In this document: piece after piece, positions 39,762 through 49,186 of the stretch
Layout: each line of letters opens with the position of its first letter
Position numbering within the stretch: position 1 is the first letter of the stretch
NCBI GenBank assembly: GCA_027492035.1
Contig: JAOZFT010000001.1
Coordinates: 32,001-96,000 of the forward strand
Direction of reading: 5' to 3'
DNA: 64,000 nucleotides
Origin: Thermoproteota archaeon
GTDB lineage: Archaea; Korarchaeota; JAOZGF01; JAOZFZ01
Program-made: the position numbers and the translations under genes
Notes under the pieces: generated by a model
Databases searched by the model: none
What the model was told of the DNA's origin: nothing
Seen by the model: the letters and a program-made list of their open reading frames with translations, nothing else

Positions 39762-41000
39762 TTAATTTATTAAACGTTTTTGTGGAGGGCCCCAGTTAGC
39801 TACTATCTCTTCTACTTTAGCCAGAAACTCCTCCTTTTTTTCTGAAGGTATTAAGGCGCTTGCAGCGTAGTCATGGCCATCAGCTATTCCGTAGCCTTTA
39901 ACAGCCAAGTTAAGCAGTTCAATAGCTGAAGGCTTAGTCCTTTCCATTATTTCCTTTTTAAGTTTTGCAGGGATTCTTACTGAAATTTTAAGGTATTCTG
40001 TATTTAATTTACCGAAACCTGGTATCTCAGGCTTGAGGGGCATTGTCCCAAAGAGATATTTCCCTTCATTAATTAGTCTTTTCTGGAATGTTAAATATGA
40101 ACAAAACGTTCCTACCACTTTTGTTCCCATTCCCTCATATACATTCTCGGAGTCGAACCATTGAATATGTTTTGTTTGGTTTAACCCTTTTGTGTAAAGT
40201 ATTGCAAGCATTTTTTTGTTAGCTTCCTTCCTTTCTTGCTCTAATTCCTTTAAAAGTTCTTTTGTTTCCGAGTTTAAACCTGTTAAGCATGTTTTAACCC
40301 CTATTAAGGGCCCGTTTCTATAGTAAGCAACTGGTCCTAGAATTTGAAGGAGAGAAAAGAGTCTTTTAGCTGTTAAGCCTATTTTTTTAATTTTTATTTT
40401 CCCTTTCTCATGCGAAACTACTCCTTTCTCAACAGCTTCCTTTAAAACTTCCAAATTTACACTTTTTAACCCATTGGGCAGCTCTTGGCTTCCCACCAGC
40501 GCTAAATAAGATAAATCAATATTTTCTTTATTCAATGTTTTAGAGAAAAGATACGCGGAAGTTGCTCCTGAAAAATCTGTTTCACCTTTTAAACCCTTAA
40601 ATTCTAGGTTTAAGTTATAAACTAGAGGATCTTCACTCTTGACTGGGTTGTGGTGGTCAAGTATCAAAACTAAGTTTTTAGACTTGTTAAAACGGGATAT
40701 CATGTCAGCATGAGGGGAACCTATGTCGCAATAGAAAAACACTGCTCCTTTTTTCCTGTGCAGTTTCTCAACTATTTCAGGTAAAATTTTTTCTATGCAG
40801 AGGAGACTTGGTTTAACTCTTTCCCTCTCAAGGGTTTTAAGCATTATGGCGGCTGAACATAAGCCATCAGCGTCGTCGTGGTGGATAACAAATACTTCAG
40901 GTTTCTTGTTTCCTACTTCCTTGAACTTTTCAGCTGCGTCAGAAAAGAAGGGTTTAAGATTTCTCAAGCCCATAAACCGCATCTCACTTAAGGAATGCAA
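39762..41000 (-). CDS. DHH-family phosphoesterase (RecJ/GAN/HAN-like nuclease)
   Basis: HHDDADGL, CDIGS, LDHH, SGATSAY, DHHA1-like ADGHDYAAS. Confidence 0.85.
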   Translation of the reverse strand: MHSLSEMRFMGLRNLKPFFSDAAEKFKEVGNKKPEVFVIHHDDADGLCSAAIMLKTLERERVKPSLLCIEKILPEIVEKLHRKKGAVFFYCDIGSPHADMISRFNKSKNLVLILDHHNPVKSEDPLVYNLNLEFKGLKGETDFSGATSAYLFSKTLNKENIDLSYLALVGSQELPNGLKSVNLEVLKEAVEKGVVSHEKGKIKIKKIGLTAKRLFSLLQILGPVAYYRNGPLIGVKTCLTGLNSETKELLKELEQERKEANKKMLAILYTKGLNQTKHIQWFDSENVYEGMGTKVVGTFCSYLTFQKRLINEGKYLFGTMPLKPEIPGFGKLNTEYLKISVRIPAKLKKEIMERTKPSAIELLNLAVKGYGIADGHDYAASALIPSEKKEEFLAKVEEIVANWGPPQKRLIN

Positions 41001-41128
41001 TTTAAAAAGTGTAAATTTTAAATTTAAAAATAAATGTTCATAAAAAGGTGTTTCCTTTAATTACTCCATGGTTAAGGAGGAATGGAAACACTTAAAGAAA
41101 GGATTGTTTCTCCGGTATATAAAGGAGA

Positions 41129-41434
41129 GTGTGGAAAATGTTACATGTTTACCTGACTGCTTCATGTTACTCATTACTTCAGCAACCCCCAGATTGGTAT
41201 ATGCAGTTGGCCGTTTTCTTTTGGAAATTTGTTGTTTTTATGGGTAGTTTTGTACAACATATTCTTGAAACTGTTGGTGTGCCTATACCTGAAGCTTACA
41301 CTGGAGTAATAGGGTTTTTAGTGACTTTAGCCATTATTTTAGGAGTTTTAAAGGCGGCTGAAAATACTTTGAAATATATAGTTCTAGTGATTGTGATTAT
41401 AATTATTTTGAACGTAATCACTTATTTCATTTAA
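41129..41434 (+). CDS. Small membrane protein
   Basis: AAGGAG SD; hydrophobic C-terminal helices. Confidence 0.6.
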   Translation: MWKMLHVYLTASCYSLLQQPPDWYMQLAVFFWKFVVFMGSFVQHILETVGVPIPEAYTGVIGFLVTLAIILGVLKAAENTLKYIVLVIVIIIILNVITYFI

Positions 41435-41462
41435 ATTCAGAAACCTATTAAATTTTCTCCTT

Positions 41463-42014
41463 CTACCTTATAAGGTTTAATAAATCAGATTTTGTAACTA
41501 TCCCTGTAATTTCACCCTTTCTCACAGTTAACACTGCCGGGAATTTTTCAAGTAAAGCCTTTAAGATTTTAACGGGAGTGTCTTCAGGAATTAGAGGGAA
41601 AGGGTCTCCCATTACTTCCTCCACTTTAAGATCTCTCCTTGAAAGAGTTTCAAATTTACTTATTAAGTTTGATTCAGAAATCCCACCCACTACTCTGCCC
41701 TCCTCAATTACAGGGAGTTGAGAAATAGCGTAAGCATTCATTAATTTAACAGCTTTTTTAACGCTGTCTTCAGGAGTTACAGAAATGATTTTTTTGGTGC
41801 TAATTTCATTTGCAACCTTATTTTTCTCTTTCTTGGCTCTTTCCTTCTCTAAAGCTAAAAAAATTTTTTTAGTTATTGTGTAGGAGGGCTCCATTAACCC
41901 ATTTTCAATTTTTGCTATTGTTGATTGGCTTACGTTTGCAATTCTAGCTAGATCAGATTGAGTTAGCCCTAATTTCTTCCTTACCTTGCCTATTTCATCT
42001 AACTCGGGAAACAT
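41463..42014 (-). CDS. Cro/C1 HTH plus tandem CBS-domain transcriptional regulator
   Basis: RKKLGLTQSDLA...SQSTIAKIE, ISQLPV, GIVTKSDL. Confidence 0.92.
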   Translation of the reverse strand: MFPELDEIGKVRKKLGLTQSDLARIANVSQSTIAKIENGLMEPSYTITKKIFLALEKERAKKEKNKVANEISTKKIISVTPEDSVKKAVKLMNAYAISQLPVIEEGRVVGGISESNLISKFETLSRRDLKVEEVMGDPFPLIPEDTPVKILKALLEKFPAVLTVRKGEITGIVTKSDLLNLIR

Positions 42015-42076
42015 CTTTTCAACATCCCCCCTATACCTAAAAATTAAAAATGAGTCTCCCCAAGTTTATGAAAAAT

Positions 42077-42137
42077 AGCTATGATGAAACCGCTCCAGAA
42101 TGAGTGGGGGCATGATTAAACCTGAGGTAGCTGAGCT
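42077..42137 (+). ncRNA. Box C/D 2'-O-methylation guide sRNA
   Basis: C ATGATGA 42081-87; 12-nt guide; D' ATGA 42100-03; C' ATGATTA 42112-18; 12-nt guide; D CTGA 42131-34; AGC/GCT terminal stem; intergenic. Confidence 0.85.
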
Positions 42138-42148
42138 CTTATTTAATT

Positions 42149-42469
42149 TTAACTTACTTTTGACCCGGGGGAAACAGGTTTATCCGTTGTTAAAAGTACA
42201 GGTTTACCTTTTTCTATAGCTGCCAGAAGCATTCCCTTTGACTCTATTCCTCTTATTTTTTTTGGCTGTAAATTAGCCACTACAATTATGGTTTTACCTG
42301 TTAATTCTTCCAGTTTGTACACGTCGGCTATTCCAGCAACTAATTGTCTCTTTTCTTTTCCAAGGTCAACTTCCAGCTTCACAAGTTTAGTTGTACCTGG
42401 AACTTTTTCAGCTTTCAAAATAACCCCGGTTTTTAACTCTATTTTTTGGAAATCAGCTATAGTGATCAA
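42149..42469 (-). CDS. OB-fold tRNA-binding protein (Trbp111/CsaA/MetRS C-terminal-like)
   Basis: DFQKIELKTG, VDLG..RQLVAG, NLQPKKIRGIESKGMLLAA. Confidence 0.92.
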   Translation of the reverse strand: MITIADFQKIELKTGVILKAEKVPGTTKLVKLEVDLGKEKRQLVAGIADVYKLEELTGKTIIVVANLQPKKIRGIESKGMLLAAIEKGKPVLLTTDKPVSPGSKVS

Positions 42470-42754
42470 ATATTTTCACCTCCCACGGAAGAAAATGTAC
42501 ACAAGTTTTCGTTTAAACCCTTTTTTAAAAATGATTCCCTTGTTTTATTCTGAATTTTTGTTTCACAAAAGAAAGTAATCAGTTTCTTTTCTCCTAAATT
42601 TTCCTTAAATTTTAGGAGGGATCTTCCTTAATTTCTTTACCTAACTTTAGAAAAGAGTTAAAATTTGCTGTTCCAGAAAATTGTAAAAAAATTAAAATTG
42701 AATGGACGTCTTAGTTGGAGTTTAGGTGAAGTAAATTGAGAAGAGGCTGAAGGG

Positions 42755-44047
42755 ATGAAGGAATACTTGGAAGTAACTGTTCCTGGAGGAGATACTGTCC
42801 TGGTTGAGGGTGAAGCCCTATTTGAACTTGTAAAAGGGAAAGGTGAAATTTTTGGTGTGGAAATCCCATTAAATTCAAAAATAAAGGTTGAACTGTTTAA
42901 AGCAGTCCCCTTCCATGCTTTAACAAAAAGCGAATTGAAAGTTTTTTCAGGGAAGATATTGCCAATTAAAGGGGAAACTATTCCAAAGGATTGGAAAAAC
43001 GTTTTTATCCGTTGTAAAGAAAGGAGGAAACCGTTGAAAGTATTGGTGATTGGGGACGCTGATGTGGGTAAAACAGGGTTTGTTACCTTCTTAGCAAACA
43101 AATTTTTTAATGAGGGATTTAGAGTAGCTGTGGTCGATTCGGACGTAGGCCAAAGCGATATAGGTCCACCTACTACTATTGGTTTAGGTTTGATGACTAA
43201 ACAAGTAGTTATGCTTAGTGAAATACCTTTAATTGATGCCTTGTTTATAGGTTCAACTTCACCCTCAAATTTATTCCACCGTGTAATTTCTTCTGTTTCT
43301 TATTTAGTAAACAAAGCTTTAAAGGAGTTGAAAAGTGAAGTAGTGATTATTGACACTACAGGTTGGGTTCATGGTGAAAACGGGCGTGAATTAAAGTTTT
43401 CAAAAGCACTAGCAGTAAACCCTGACGTAATAGTTGGTATACAGAGAAAGACTGAACTAGAACCGATACTTACCTACCTAGAAAAATTTTTTCACATTGA
43501 GAGAATTAACCCAGCTGAGTATTTAAGGTATAGAAAGAGAGAAGAAAGGAGAAAAATCAGAGCTGAACAATTTAAAAAATGGTTTAATGGAAGTAAAGTA
43601 AAGGAAATTGATTTCAAGAAAATACCCATAAATTACTGTTTCCTTTTCACAGGTCAACCTCTAAACAAAGAAGAAAAGAAATGTATACCGATAAGTTTCC
43701 TTGATAAAGTTGTTTATGGTGAAGTTTTGGAAGATAGAGTTTTACTTGTTCTGAAAGGAGGCTTTGAAGTGGACATGAACGTTTTAACTACAGTAAGCCG
43801 GTGTTTAAACAAGGAAAAAGTAACATTTACTAACGAGGACAAACTAAAAAATTTGCTTTTAGCTTTCCAAAGTAAAAGGAAAATGTTTGAGGGATTAGGT
43901 ATACTTCTTTCAATTGACTTTGAAGGAAGGAGAGGTAAAGTTTTCACTTCTGTTGAAGTTAGGGAGGATTCTATTATCCAATTCGGTTGCTTAAAAATTG
44001 ATCCCTTCTCTTTTGAAGAGAAATACGTTGGTAAATGGGTTATTTAG
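42755..44047 (+). CDS. clp1: Clp1/Grc3/Nol9-family polynucleotide 5'-OH kinase
   Basis: GDADVGKT, DSDVGQSDIGPP, IDTTGWV, lid R..RR..R; N-terminal GKGEIFG domain. Confidence 0.88.
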   Translation: MKEYLEVTVPGGDTVLVEGEALFELVKGKGEIFGVEIPLNSKIKVELFKAVPFHALTKSELKVFSGKILPIKGETIPKDWKNVFIRCKERRKPLKVLVIGDADVGKTGFVTFLANKFFNEGFRVAVVDSDVGQSDIGPPTTIGLGLMTKQVVMLSEIPLIDALFIGSTSPSNLFHRVISSVSYLVNKALKELKSEVVIIDTTGWVHGENGRELKFSKALAVNPDVIVGIQRKTELEPILTYLEKFFHIERINPAEYLRYRKREERRKIRAEQFKKWFNGSKVKEIDFKKIPINYCFLFTGQPLNKEEKKCIPISFLDKVVYGEVLEDRVLLVLKGGFEVDMNVLTTVSRCLNKEKVTFTNEDKLKNLLLAFQSKRKMFEGLGILLSIDFEGRRGKVFTSVEVREDSIIQFGCLKIDPFSFEEKYVGKWVI

Positions 44048-44565
44048 TCTAATATTTTTATTTTTTTGCCCTCCTTTTCCTTTCTTTTCAATGTAACAGT
44101 CAAAACGCCGTTGTTCATTTTAGCTATGACATCTTCACTTGAAACTTCACTTGGCAAACGTATTACAGTGTTATATTTCTTGTACTTGGTTTTTGCTTTA
44201 ACCTCTAAATCGTTCCCCTTTATTGAAAGCTCCACATCTTTTTTTTCAGCACCAGGAAGTTCAATTATAACTTCGTAAACGTCATCTTTTTCATAAATGT
44301 CATAAAAAGGCGTTACTTCGTCGTCAACTTTTATTCCTATGGGTCTTTCAGGTTTAATGTTCCCGAAGTACCTTATTTGAGGGGTAGGCATCCCTGTCCT
44401 CCATGAGTAAGTGAAACCGAAAGTCAAGGGTTCCCCTCTCTTTATCCTTTCATTTATTTGGTCCTCAGGAATGTTGCTGATCGCCGTTAAAAACTTTCTC
44501 ATCCTCCTTATTTCTTCTCTAAATAATTCATCGAATTCCTTAAAGAAGTCGTCGAAATCTTTCAT
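44044..44565 (-). CDS. hsp20: Small heat-shock protein Hsp20
   Basis: Archaeal Hsp20 pattern: P..FGF, P.IRYFGN, IELPGAEK, AKMNNGVLTV; GGAGGTGA SD. Confidence 0.92.
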   Translation of the reverse strand: MKDFDDFFKEFDELFREEIRRMRKFLTAISNIPEDQINERIKRGEPLTFGFTYSWRTGMPTPQIRYFGNIKPERPIGIKVDDEVTPFYDIYEKDDVYEVIIELPGAEKKDVELSIKGNDLEVKAKTKYKKYNTVIRLPSEVSSEDVIAKMNNGVLTVTLKRKEKEGKKIKILD

Positions 44566-44740
44566 GGGCATCACCTCCAAAAAAATCTCAATTTCTAAAA
44601 AAATGAAAAATTTTTATTTAAATTTTATTTTAAAATTTTTTAAAAAAATAAAAAGGAATTTTTTAAAAAAATCCAACAAAAACTCCTTTCTATGCAATCC
44701 CTTCTCTCAGAAACAAAGGAGAAATGAAAAACAGGCTAAA

Positions 44741-45274
44741 CTAAAGAAACTTAGCTACAGGGAAGGGGATGAAGAAAGACTCGTTATTGTTAAGTTTTTT
44801 TATGTAATTCCAAAGTGAACGATAAGTAAAAGGATAAATTTTTTCGTTAAAATTTCTCTTTATAAGGAACCTAGCCGGGTCAGTTATGAACCTGGAAAAA
44901 CCAATGAAAGAAATAAGGAAATACCTTTGAGGGGAGTCTATATAAATAGGGGTTGGATGGCCTACAAGAACATTTTCAAGCTTCAAATGAAGGAGATAAT
45001 TAAGTTTTTCAATGAATAAGATGCCTTCAATTTTAGTTTTTGAAGAAATATTCCAACCATAAACTATTATATCAAGATCTGATTTCCCAGAGATCCATCT
45101 AAAGCTTTCTTTAGTCGAACCAAAAAACTCAACATCTGTAACTCCTTGTCTATTCACCATAAACTTTTTATAACGCTTTTTGAAAGCTTCTATCTTTTCG
45201 GCATCCAGCAATATACTCCCCCAGGGAAAGGAATTAACGGTAAATATAAGAGTTAAAAAGGTAGCGAAATACAT
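44741..45274 (-). CDS. Minimal nucleotidyltransferase (Pol-beta superfamily) domain protein
   Basis: VEFFGS...SDLDIIV (GS + DxD); start uncertain. Confidence 0.65.
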   Translation of the reverse strand: MYFATFLTLIFTVNSFPWGSILLDAEKIEAFKKRYKKFMVNRQGVTDVEFFGSTKESFRWISGKSDLDIIVYGWNISSKTKIEGILFIEKLNYLLHLKLENVLVGHPTPIYIDSPQRYFLISFIGFSRFITDPARFLIKRNFNEKIYPFTYRSLWNYIKKLNNNESFFIPFPVAKFL

Positions 45275-45374
45275 TCTTTTTAAAAGAAGCTAAGAAATAG
45301 AGAGTTAAATAATGGAATAAAAATTTTGCGAAGAAATTCTTAAAAAGTGGTTTAAAAGAACATTAAGAGTAAAG

Positions 45375-46319
45375 GTGCTTCTCTTGACTGTTTATTCATT
45401 AGAAATCAAAGATAATTGGTTAGATATATTAAATGCTTTAAGGGAGGAAGTAACCTATAGGCAAGTAAAGATGAAAATTGATTTTTCGAAAACAATAATG
45501 GAGGTAAGAGGTTCAGCATTGAGCGGTTTGTTTCAGATAGTAGATGAAAACATCCTCAAACCGATAGGTTTCATTCTTTTAGACGTAGGAACAGATAAAA
45601 GCTTTATTTTTGAAACTTATCATTACCCTACCAAAAAACATAAAAGAGCGGTTTTAAAGTTTGAGAACAGTGTCCTTTCAAAACTAAAAAGTGGACAGGA
45701 ATTCCTCATCCCCTTTTCAGACATGAACAAAACCAGGTCGCACATGAAAATTAAATATAGATCCATAAATGTTAAACCGTTGTTCTTAACTAAGAAAATG
45801 GATGATGTTTTTGAGGTTGTTGATTTGCTTGATTCCATGCTTAATAGGGAATTTGAAAGGGAAATAGAAACAAAGACAAGTGTAAAGAAAAGGGGGAATA
45901 ATGAAACCTTGAAAACAGTACATAGCTTTTCTCCTGTGGGGATTCTCACGGAAGACAATGGAGAAACAGTGAATTATGCAATAGTGGACACTGTTTCAAT
46001 AGAGAAAAACAAAATGAACATAGCAATTATAAACACAAAAATTTCGAAAAAGGAAAAACTTATTTCAACTTTATTTAAAGGTAAAAGACGCTTCAGAAAA
46101 CCTGCAGCAGCTATCTTAACAACTTACTTCCTGAACACACAAACCTTTTTTGGTGAAGAAGTAACAAAAGCTCTCGCTAAAGATTCAAGTGAATTGATTT
46201 CGGAAACACTAAACTTGATGGAAAGAAACCTTCTAAGCAACAAATTTACTCAACAAATACCGCTTCCAGGGAAAACCAACTTAAAAAACCTTGAAGAAAT
46301 GGATAAAGCCCTCATTTAA
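45375..46319 (+). CDS. Hypothetical protein
   Basis: 314-aa ORF with protein-like composition; no motif recognised. Confidence 0.7.
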   Translation: MLLLTVYSLEIKDNWLDILNALREEVTYRQVKMKIDFSKTIMEVRGSALSGLFQIVDENILKPIGFILLDVGTDKSFIFETYHYPTKKHKRAVLKFENSVLSKLKSGQEFLIPFSDMNKTRSHMKIKYRSINVKPLFLTKKMDDVFEVVDLLDSMLNREFEREIETKTSVKKRGNNETLKTVHSFSPVGILTEDNGETVNYAIVDTVSIEKNKMNIAIINTKISKKEKLISTLFKGKRRFRKPAAAILTTYFLNTQTFFGEEVTKALAKDSSELISETLNLMERNLLSNKFTQQIPLPGKTNLKNLEEMDKALI

Positions 46320-46362
46320 ACTAACTAAATAAGGAAGAAAAGAATAGGTTAAAGGGACATTT

Positions 46363-47091
46363 TTATGTTAACCATTTGCAGCTGTCCCTCTTCCACTTCT
46401 GGTATGCCTCATCAAAACTCCTAGATTCCAAAACGTAATCAATGAATTTTAGATGTAACGAAACAAGCTTTTTCACTTCTTCATCATTTATTTCTTTCCC
46501 AAAAAAAATCTCCTCCTTAATTTTCCATTCTAATAAATCTAAAGGCTTCAAAGATTCCTCAACTACCTCATTTTTAACTTTAAACCCTTCATTTTTCAAT
46601 TTTTCAACCCCTGACTCCCCCAGATCTACACAGATCACTCTACCATCAATATGGTCCTTAACAAAATCAGCTTCTTCACGTCCACAATAGTAATCAACCA
46701 AAACCTTTTTAGAAATCACTTTCCTCCATTTATCTACCTGTATCCCTCCAACCCTGGAACGGAAAGTCAGTAAAAAAATCTCTTCTAATACTTTTTTCAG
46801 AGAATGGAAATGCTGCTTGTTCATGAAACATTGTACATTTAAGTAAAGGCGTTTTAAGGTTCTTAGAATTGGTTTATAAGGCTCCAAGAAAGGCTTCTCC
46901 AGAGTTGATTCCTCCTTCGCTTCAAAATTTTCAAGTGAGAAATCCTCTTTCTCAATTAACATATTCCCAAGCTCAGGGGGCAGAGGAAGAAATACAGAAG
47001 TAGTGAAAAACCTTTCCTCAAAAATTCTTTTGGCAACCTTGGTTTTAGCTTCAGTAGTACCCACAGAAGATAAAACAAGTATTTCCGACAT
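46363..47091 (-). CDS. Hypothetical protein
   Basis: 242-aa ORF with thermophile-like E/K-rich composition; no motif recognised. Confidence 0.7.
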   Translation of the reverse strand: MSEILVLSSVGTTEAKTKVAKRIFEERFFTTSVFLPLPPELGNMLIEKEDFSLENFEAKEESTLEKPFLEPYKPILRTLKRLYLNVQCFMNKQHFHSLKKVLEEIFLLTFRSRVGGIQVDKWRKVISKKVLVDYYCGREEADFVKDHIDGRVICVDLGESGVEKLKNEGFKVKNEVVEESLKPLDLLEWKIKEEIFFGKEINDEEVKKLVSLHLKFIDYVLESRSFDEAYQKWKRDSCKWLT

Positions 47092-47195
47092 CAAAGAAAA
47101 AAAGACAAACAAAACTTTAAAAGTTTAACGTTGCACTCCTAAAAACTGGAGGAAGAAGATGTAAGGTAATGAAGCGAATAAAATTGCTAAGGAGT

Positions 47196-48068
47196 TTAAG
47201 GCCGCGAAATTTTGTTGAGGTACTCATCAATTATTTCATTAAGTTCCTGCGGCTTTTCATAAAGCACCAAATGACCCGCCCCTTTTATTATTTTTATTTC
47301 ACTGCCTGGTATTTGTTGATGGATTTGTTTGCTCCATTCTGGTGGTGTAACTCGATCATGTTCCCCTACCACTATAAGAGTGGGGGTTCTTATTTCTTTT
47401 AACCAAGAACTTGCATTGTAGTGCTTGAAGTATTTAAAATACCTGTGTACATGCACAGGGAGATTTGAGATGTATTCCTCGTTGTCTTCCATGAATTCAT
47501 GAAACACTTCCTCAGGCGTTGTTGGGCTGAAAAACATTTTTTTATACAAGCTAACTGTGAGAGGATTCTTTGTAAATAATAGTTTTCTCCAAAAAAGGGA
47601 GGGAAGCTTCTCTATTAATTTATCTGAAAGAGTCACAACCCATTTAGGAAGAGACCCAATTAAAACTAAACCTTTAACTTCCACGTTTCTAGCATAAGTT
47701 TGAGCAACTACAGACCCGAAACTATGCCCTATAAGCACTACTTCCTCAGGTTTTAAGTTGTAATGCTTCAAAACCTCCTCTAAATCCTGAAGATAGTCGT
47801 CGATTGATACTTTAGAGGGTTTATCAGAAGCCCCGTACCCTCTTTGATCATAAACTATACACCTACATTTGTCACAGAAGTATTTCAACTGTTTCTTCCA
47901 GTTGCTGATTTGGCCAGGCATTCCGTGCAGAAACACTAGAGTTAAACCCTTCTTGCTTGGGTTACAGACACAAAGTTTCAAAACAACATCTCTAATCTTT
48001 GTTTTTGTACAGATTAAAAGAGGAGCTTCAGGCCCCGAACCCTTAGCCTCACTTGGAGATAAATTCAC
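47196..48068 (-). CDS. Alpha/beta hydrolase
   Basis: LHGMPG, DQRGYGAS, nucleophile elbow GHSFG, GEHD, GAGH. Confidence 0.92.
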   Translation of the reverse strand: MNLSPSEAKGSGPEAPLLICTKTKIRDVVLKLCVCNPSKKGLTLVFLHGMPGQISNWKKQLKYFCDKCRCIVYDQRGYGASDKPSKVSIDDYLQDLEEVLKHYNLKPEEVVLIGHSFGSVVAQTYARNVEVKGLVLIGSLPKWVVTLSDKLIEKLPSLFWRKLLFTKNPLTVSLYKKMFFSPTTPEEVFHEFMEDNEEYISNLPVHVHRYFKYFKHYNASSWLKEIRTPTLIVVGEHDRVTPPEWSKQIHQQIPGSEIKIIKGAGHLVLYEKPQELNEIIDEYLNKISRP

Positions 48069-48452
48069 CCCTTTTCATCTCCACAAAATTTCGAAACTTC
48101 CCAAAAGGACTTTTATTAGTTAACTTAAATAATACTTAAAAACTTATTTTAATAAGTGAATTTAAAGAATTGAAAAAAAGTTAAGACCTTTGTTTAAGAA
48201 CCTAAAAATTATTTAATAACTTCCGAGTTTCAACTGAACTTCCCTTATAGGTTCATCTTTTCAACAAGGGTAAGTCTCAACCAGAGACAGTGCTTAGAAC
48301 CATTAAAGCTATTTTAAGTTATTTGTTTCAATAAAAATGAGAACCAAGAAATCGCAATAAGTACGAACACTTGCTGAAATATATCAACATCTATCTGGTA
48401 TCTAACAGTTTTAGGGTTTATTCTGAAAATTTTAGATACTAAAATCGATAAA

Positions 48453-48490
48453 TTTATAAATAAGTGTCACTTTTTCTTTTTTTGTGTTAC
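48453..48490 (+). promoter_or_regulatory. TATA box plus candidate NikR-type operator upstream of nikM
   Basis: TTTATAAATA 48453-62, then imperfect palindrome GTGTCA-N15-TGTTAC 48464-90 across the expected transcription start. Confidence 0.45.
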
Positions 48491-48514
48491 TAGCTTAGGA
48501 GAAAGGTGGCAAAA

Positions 48515-49183
48515 ATGCATATTCCAGATGGATACCTTGGACCCTTAACATGCGCAGTTATGTTTTTAGTGATGGTACCGATTTGGTACTTTGCTTTAAA
48601 AAACACGTCAAAGAGACTAGGTCCAAAAGAAGTTCCAATGATAGCTGTTCTTTCAGCAGTATCTTTTCTAGTAATGATGTTTAACTGGCCTGTACCTGAT
48701 GGCACCACTGCCCACATGGTGGGTGGAACCCTTTTTGCAATCATCCTCGGTCCTTGGGCGTCAGTTATTGGAATCACTGTCGCATTAGTTATTCAAGCAT
48801 TCTTTTTCGGTGACGGAGGAGTAACAGCTTTAGGAGCTAACTGTTTCAACATGGCATTTGTGATCCCTTTTGTGGGTTACTTCATTTATAAAGCATTAAA
48901 AGAAAGGATCGGCAAGGTTGCATCTGCAGGAGTTGCTGCTTACATAGCAATAAACATTGCAGCTGTGGTTGCAGCTATTGAATTCGGTGTTCAACCATAC
49001 ATTGCACCTGGGTACTGTCCTTACGGTTTAAATTTATCCATACCTGCAATGGCTTTCGCTCACTTGACAACTGCTGGACCTGTAGCTGCTGTTGTCACTG
49101 CGGTAGTGGTTGGTTACTTAGAAAGAAGCAGACCTGACTTACTTGCACTAAAGGAGACTTCTCCAAATATTAGAGGTGAATGA
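48515..49183 (+). CDS. nikM: ECF nickel/cobalt transporter S component
   Basis: N-terminal MHIPDG (metal ligand motif, so ATG 48515), GTTAH, DGGVTALGAN. Confidence 0.93.
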   Translation: MHIPDGYLGPLTCAVMFLVMVPIWYFALKNTSKRLGPKEVPMIAVLSAVSFLVMMFNWPVPDGTTAHMVGGTLFAIILGPWASVIGITVALVIQAFFFGDGGVTALGANCFNMAFVIPFVGYFIYKALKERIGKVASAGVAAYIAINIAAVVAAIEFGVQPYIAPGYCPYGLNLSIPAMAFAHLTTAGPVAAVVTAVVVGYLERSRPDLLALKETSPNIRGE

Positions 49184-49186
49184 GGA

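Noticed and set aside
42591-42618. Inverted repeat CTCCTAAA-N12-TTTAGGAG between trbp and clp1
   Set aside because: Single 8-bp IR in AT-rich DNA with no second copy to support an operator or MITE end.
48262-48300. Metal-sensing riboswitch upstream of nikM (hairpin GTCTC-AACCA-GAGAC)
   Set aside because: Only a 5-bp stem, lying about 170 bp upstream of the apparent TATA box and so outside the predicted transcript. It does not resemble the NiCo or cobalamin riboswitch architecture.
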